From Octopus bimaculoides (Eukaryota): 64,000 bases of DNA. Position numbers and translations under genes: made by a program. This document shows, in pieces, positions 59,122-64,000 of this stretch (position 1 is its first letter; every line of letters begins with the position of its first letter). The notes below the pieces were generated by a model, which saw only the letters and a list, made by a program, of their open reading frames with translations, was not told the origin of the DNA and made no database searches. The DNA lies in NCBI RefSeq assembly GCF_001194135.2, contig NC_069000.1:28203104-28267103 (forward strand). The letters are read 5' to 3'.

Positions 59122-60157
59122 GTAATGTGAGAAATGACATAGGCAACATAACCCAGGAAATAGAGTAAGGACTAAAAGAGGCCGCGTGTGTGTGTGATGG
59201 AATGACATGGGGGTGGGTAATTTTGATAACCTCTTTTGGGGACAAAATTGTACATTGTTGCAAACAAACTGGAGAAAGAGAGAGAGAAAGAGAGAGAAGG
59301 CTTATTTGATACATTGGCCAGTAATTCCTTCCTTGGAAATCTAACCGGGTGAAAAGATGCAAAAGTATAATGGTAGGTAGAGTGATTGGGAATACAGGAG
59401 ATGATGAAGGTAAAGTCTACTGGACACAATATGTCCAATATCATGTGGCCTATTAAGAACAGGGGAGGATGACTGGTGAAAAGGGCAGCAATAGCAAATA
59501 ACCTATGCATCCGCATACATAAATATATGCACACCAAGAATCCCAGGACTACAAATGTACAAAAATATATTATCCCTCCCAGTCTACATCATTACAATTC
59601 TTGTGACTTTCATATTCATACATATATACAAATGTGCATGCACACCAACAAAAAGAGGCTCTAAATGGTTGCTCAATAGCTAAATCCCACTCATATCACA
59701 CTATATCATCTTAAAAGTAAAAAGGCATTAGACAATTGATGAACAATGAATTAATAATGCATTAGTGTGATTTAGTAACTGGATAATCTTAAATTTTTAA
59801 TGTTAATTATATATACAGTTTTAGCCTTGCTGTGTTTAATGCAAACAAGCATAAACAAATATCTTATTAACAGAAATATTTTAGGATTGTCCTGACTGGT
59901 TTAATTTCTATTTGGAGATACCAAACAGATAGATGACATAGTTATACTGAATATAAACCAAGACTTATCTTGCTAAAGTAGCCAGTGTAATTTGCATAAC
60001 AGTGCATTCTGAAATCATAGGTATTTACATTTAAAATGCCAGATTAATATAACTGAAACAAAAGACAGGAAGGTAATGGCCAGAATGGCTCTCATAATAG
60101 TTCTGCTCATTCAGGGCTGAACCAGACAAAACATATGGACACAACTAAAAGACTTAC

Positions 60158-60245
60158 TTGTAATGGGACCCACTGTTACATTGTACTCTACAAGAGTTGA
60201 TCTTAACTGCTCATCTGACAGGGTTTGAATTTCATGTGAAACCAT
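60158..60245 (-). CDS. Emerin/LAP2beta-like LEM protein, first coding exon (LEM helix 1); exon begins at 60267
   Basis: Acceptor tttttctttctctttgcAG, in-frame TGA upstream, ATG 60245; MVSHEIQTLSDEQLRSTLVEYNVTVGPIT; donor A|GTAAGT, phase 1. Confidence 0.92.
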
Positions 60246-60469
60246 GACTGAATAGTAAGCGAATCAACTGCAAAGAGAAAGAAAAATAAATATCAATATC
60301 ATCATAACTTGTTAATCATCAAAAGACGCATAAACAACAATTACAAGAGATCACAAGAGATTGAGAGAATATGTCTGACAACAAGTCATATAAACAATAG
60401 AATGTGTAGGAGTTGGGGTGATTGAGCATGAAACAAGATATCAGCTCTTTAAATATTTCAATTGGTTCT

Positions 60470-60760
60470 AAGGTAGTGAGCTGGCAGAATTGTTAGCAAG
60501 CTAGGCAAAATGCTAAGCGGCATTTCATCTGTCTTTACATTCAGATTCAATCAGTTCTAATATGGTGAAATGGCAGAATCATTAACATGTTGGGTAAAAT
60601 GCTTAGCAGCATTTTGTCTGTCCTTATGTTCAAATTCTGCTGAGGTCAGCTTTGCCTTTCATCCTTCCAGAGTTGATGAAACAAGTACCAGTTGAATACT
60701 GGAATTGATGTAATTGACTTACCTCCTTTCCTGAAATTACTGGTCATATGCCAAAATTTG
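60470..60760 (+). mobile_element. Family B SINE with a duplicated head
   Basis: ggtagtgagctggcagaattgttagc...aaatgctaagcggcattt repeated, then the family body. Confidence 0.75.
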
Positions 60761-60829
60761 AAAACAATATTTCGATCAGTTCACATACTGGTATGGTGAC
60801 ATCCTCAGAGTAATAAATCAACACAGTTG

Positions 60830-61560
60830 ACATAACATCATCATTTAACATCTATGGCAGGGGCTGGGTGGTTCGACAGGCTCCAATGGGTCCAAAGACT
60901 GCATCATGCTCCAATGTCTACTTTCGTATAATTTCTATGGTTGGATGCCCTTGCTAACACCAAGCACTTCAGTGTGTACTGAATGTGCTTTTTTCATGCC
61001 ACCAGCACCACTGAGGTTGCCATGCAGCTTGTAGGGCTATGAATACCAGGGGAGGTGGGGTTCAGCTTTATACTAGAGAATGAGGGGTTAAAGTATGAGA
61101 AGGGTGGGGGTGGGTATCAGCAGGTTCTTGTAGATCTGATAGCTAGTCACACTTACTAAGAGAGGGAAAGAAAAAGAAACAATCAGTAGGAACTACCAAG
61201 AGCTAGTGGTGAAGAGATGTCTGAGTGGCCCCCACTGTCAAGGGAGATCTGAGTAGAAGTTGATGGGTGGTTGGTTTGCAAGTTTGTATGGGAAGTAGGA
61301 GATGAGGAAGCAGAGTACAACTGTAAAAAAGGATTGAAGGGTGGATGATCAATGAGCTGTGAATTGGGGAAGACCAAAGGATGCAGAAGAGAGCAGGTGG
61401 GGGGGGGGGCAAGAAACAGCTAAATATTCATGATACAGTTGACAGGAAGATGTGAGAGAGAGAAAGATGACATGATTAAGTAGTCTGCAAGAGGTGGGGA
61501 ACACTGTGCATGATGGGAGGTAATTTTGGTTCAATGTATGGATTTAAATCACTGTAATGT
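60830..61560 (-). mobile_element. Decayed RTE 3' UTR/tail
   Basis: catcatttaacatct...ggatgcccttgctaacacc; purine-rich block like 10080-10480. Confidence 0.55.
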
Positions 61561-63199
61561 GGATGGAGAACATAATATACACATCACTTCCAGAACTCAC
61601 TGAGAAGGGGTAGTCTTTTCAAGAACTTCCACAAGGCTCAGGGTCATGGGCAGCCGATCAGTAGTTGAAAAAGGCTGTGCATAAGAAATATGGTTGATGA
61701 GGTAAGTTGTATTAGATGTATCAAGACTGAATTAATCTCCTGCACCAGTATGTCCATAGCTGCTGTTGTCCAGTCACAAGTAAGAAGTATCAATATCCAT
61801 ATCTTTGCATATCAGTCAGAATCTACACTGGTTTCCTGTACAGCTGTAAAATTGTGACTAGAGCAGATCTTACATCCCCCATTCACAGGAGATGCTCATG
61901 ATCTATTCCAGATATCTCATCAATTCTGCAGGCAGAAATTTTTTAATCCATTAGTGGTATGGATAGAACTATTCAATTAGAGCTGATATGGAATTGCCTA
62001 AGCTTGTTCATTCAAGGCCAATCTGAGACTACACAACATATTTGATTTCACAGATGAGTGGCAAGAAGGGTAGCAATATGCAAAAGCAATTGCTACAACA
62101 AAAATGAACATTGTTTATGTTTACTATCAATTCTATCATAGTTAGGCTCAGTCAGAGGTGATTTGAGGTTAAGTGACAAGAGTAAAAAATTCCAAAGAAA
62201 GTCATTTAGCCCAATAAATGAGAAAACTTGTGATCAAAAGGTACTTCAACTGAAACAGTTTTTTTTATTCAAAATGTGCATCTTGGATTAAACTATTGTA
62301 CAGTGACAGACTTAAAACAGCAGGATATGCCTGACTCAAATGTTTTGGGTCATAATAACTGCAAGGCCCATCATTTTCATTACTGAATACTTTTGTTCTT
62401 TAAAGCATAATTAGAACTGTGCTGGGACCTTTATTAACTTTATAACTAGATAATATTTAATACTCAAAATAAAAAATTAATCAAATGTTCAATCACTATT
62501 AGTGTACATTACAAAAATACTCTTTTTACCGATATTTCCTATTCTCCATACATACAGAGAGAGGGGGATGGGAGAGAGAGACCAGCAAGAAATTTAATTT
62601 CAATGCAACTATATTGGCTCATGGCCTTAAAAATTATCCTGTTCAAATAAACAATGTATATGATCAAATGTAGCAATGATTTAAACAAAAGCACTGGTAT
62701 AAAATTAATGCTCAGTCTCATGTTGCATATAGATTTGATATGTCATTGCTAACCCAACAATATATGTATATAAATATAAATATATATACTTTCACTACAA
62801 TGAGAGGTTGTTGTTGTTGAGAGACTAATACAGCAAGAGAGGGAGAGAGAGTGTGTATGTCTGTAAAATAGAAAGATGTCGCTATACTAATTAGTAAGCA
62901 TTGATTGAAAGCAGGAATAAAAGATACACGATACAGTGTACTTGTATCTAAAAAAAATCAAGTGATGTGATGCCCTACTATTCTAATCAAAGGGACCGTC
63001 AGCTGCAAATGGGCATCCAATAAACAGGTAAATATAGTATATTATTATTAATAAATTAGCCTTAAAAAGTGATGAAAAGTATATATTGCCTATATTGCCA
63101 TGAAGAAAACAAAAAAATCACTGATGATATTTACATTTCTGTGAACAATTATTAGCTATGCAAATAAGCGGGACCATGAATAATTGCACCACACTGTCA

Positions 63200-63420
63200 T
63201 CATCATTTAACGTCCGTTTTCCATGCTGGAATGGGTTGGACGGTCTGACTGGGGACTGGCAAGCCAGGAGGCCTCACCAGGCTCCAATCTAATCTGGCAA
63301 TGTTTCTACAGCTGGATGCCCTTCCTAACACTAACCACTCCGAGAGTGTAGTGGGTGCTTTTTACATGCCACCAGCACGAGAGCCAACCAGGTGAGACTA
63401 GTATCAGCCACGTTCGGATG
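63200..63420 (-). mobile_element. RTE LINE 3' tail fragment
   Basis: catcatcatttaacgtccgttttccatgctggaatgggttggacgg. Confidence 0.8.
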
Positions 63421-63829
63421 GTGTTTGTATACATACATCTACATACATATATATATATATAAACACACACATATATATACATAAACACACACATATATAT
63501 ATATATACACATCTATATATATATACACGAGTGTGTTAAATTATAAGGCACAAAAAAAAAAAAAAAAAAAANNNNNNNNNNAAAAAAAAAAAAAAAGAAA
63601 ATGATTCTCCCCAGACAACAGAATATGCTTCAACACACAAACTCACATAGAGAATCTTGCAAACCAAATCAAAAAACGATATATAAATAAATAAGTATAA
63701 ATACACGACTTTTAATCCCCAATCCTGTTATACAACAAATGGGGCATAACTAGCCGGTATACAGCACTTACTCGGTATTACCTGTATCTTTGGGTTTGGC
63801 TAAATCCAATACCCTTCTTATATACATAT

Positions 63830-63860
<31 letters not shown>

Positions 63861-63869
63861 TGTGAATAG

Positions 63870-64000
63870 TCACCTACCGCTCCGGCAGACACTCTAGCCA
63901 AATCGACTACATCCTCGCCAGAAATAGGGAAAGAGGGCGGCTTATAAATGCCAAAACCTACCCTGGCGAAGAATGTACCCCACAACATAGATTAGTAGTT
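63870..64000 (+). mobile_element. RTE LINE endonuclease fragment running off the window
   Basis: TYRSGRHSSQIDYILARNRERGRLINAKTYPGEECTPQHRLV. Confidence 0.85.

Overview
AT-rich, intron-dominated animal genomic DNA. The SINE and RTE sequences look like those of Octopus; this is recognition from memory, not a database result. Two convergent protein-coding genes can be assembled with in-frame GT-AG junctions. (1) SNX21-like sorting nexin on the + strand, with coding exons 2850-3270, 13158-13273 and 15387-16070 (406 aa; acidic N-terminus, PX domain, TPR-like PXB region). (2) An emerin/LAP2beta-type LEM-domain inner nuclear membrane protein on the - strand that the ORF track misses almost entirely. 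Its coding exons are 60245-60158, 50972-50898, 47653-47578, 31335-30469, 21526-21428 and 19306-19144 (455 aa; N-terminal LEM, acidic tract, large low-complexity exon, C-terminal TM helix), and there are signs of soluble isoforms. The introns hold decayed mariner/Tc1, piggyBac-type MITEs, Helitrons, RTE/Tx1/R4-like LINEs, a Gypsy remnant and tRNA-derived SINEs. The most unusual items are: a ~450-bp palindrome of two head-to-head tRNA-like-promoter plus hammerhead-ribozyme units (8836-9284); a separate near-intact type I hammerhead (42560-42624); a full-length intronless decayed SNAPC2/SNAP45-like sequence (40184-41484); a tight CRE/E2F/YY1/NRF1-like motif cluster inside a LEM-gene intron (58715-58776); a head-to-head Tc1 pair; and an intronic duplicate of part of SNX21 exon 3. 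All protein-family calls are motif recognition by eye and need HMM/BLAST confirmation.
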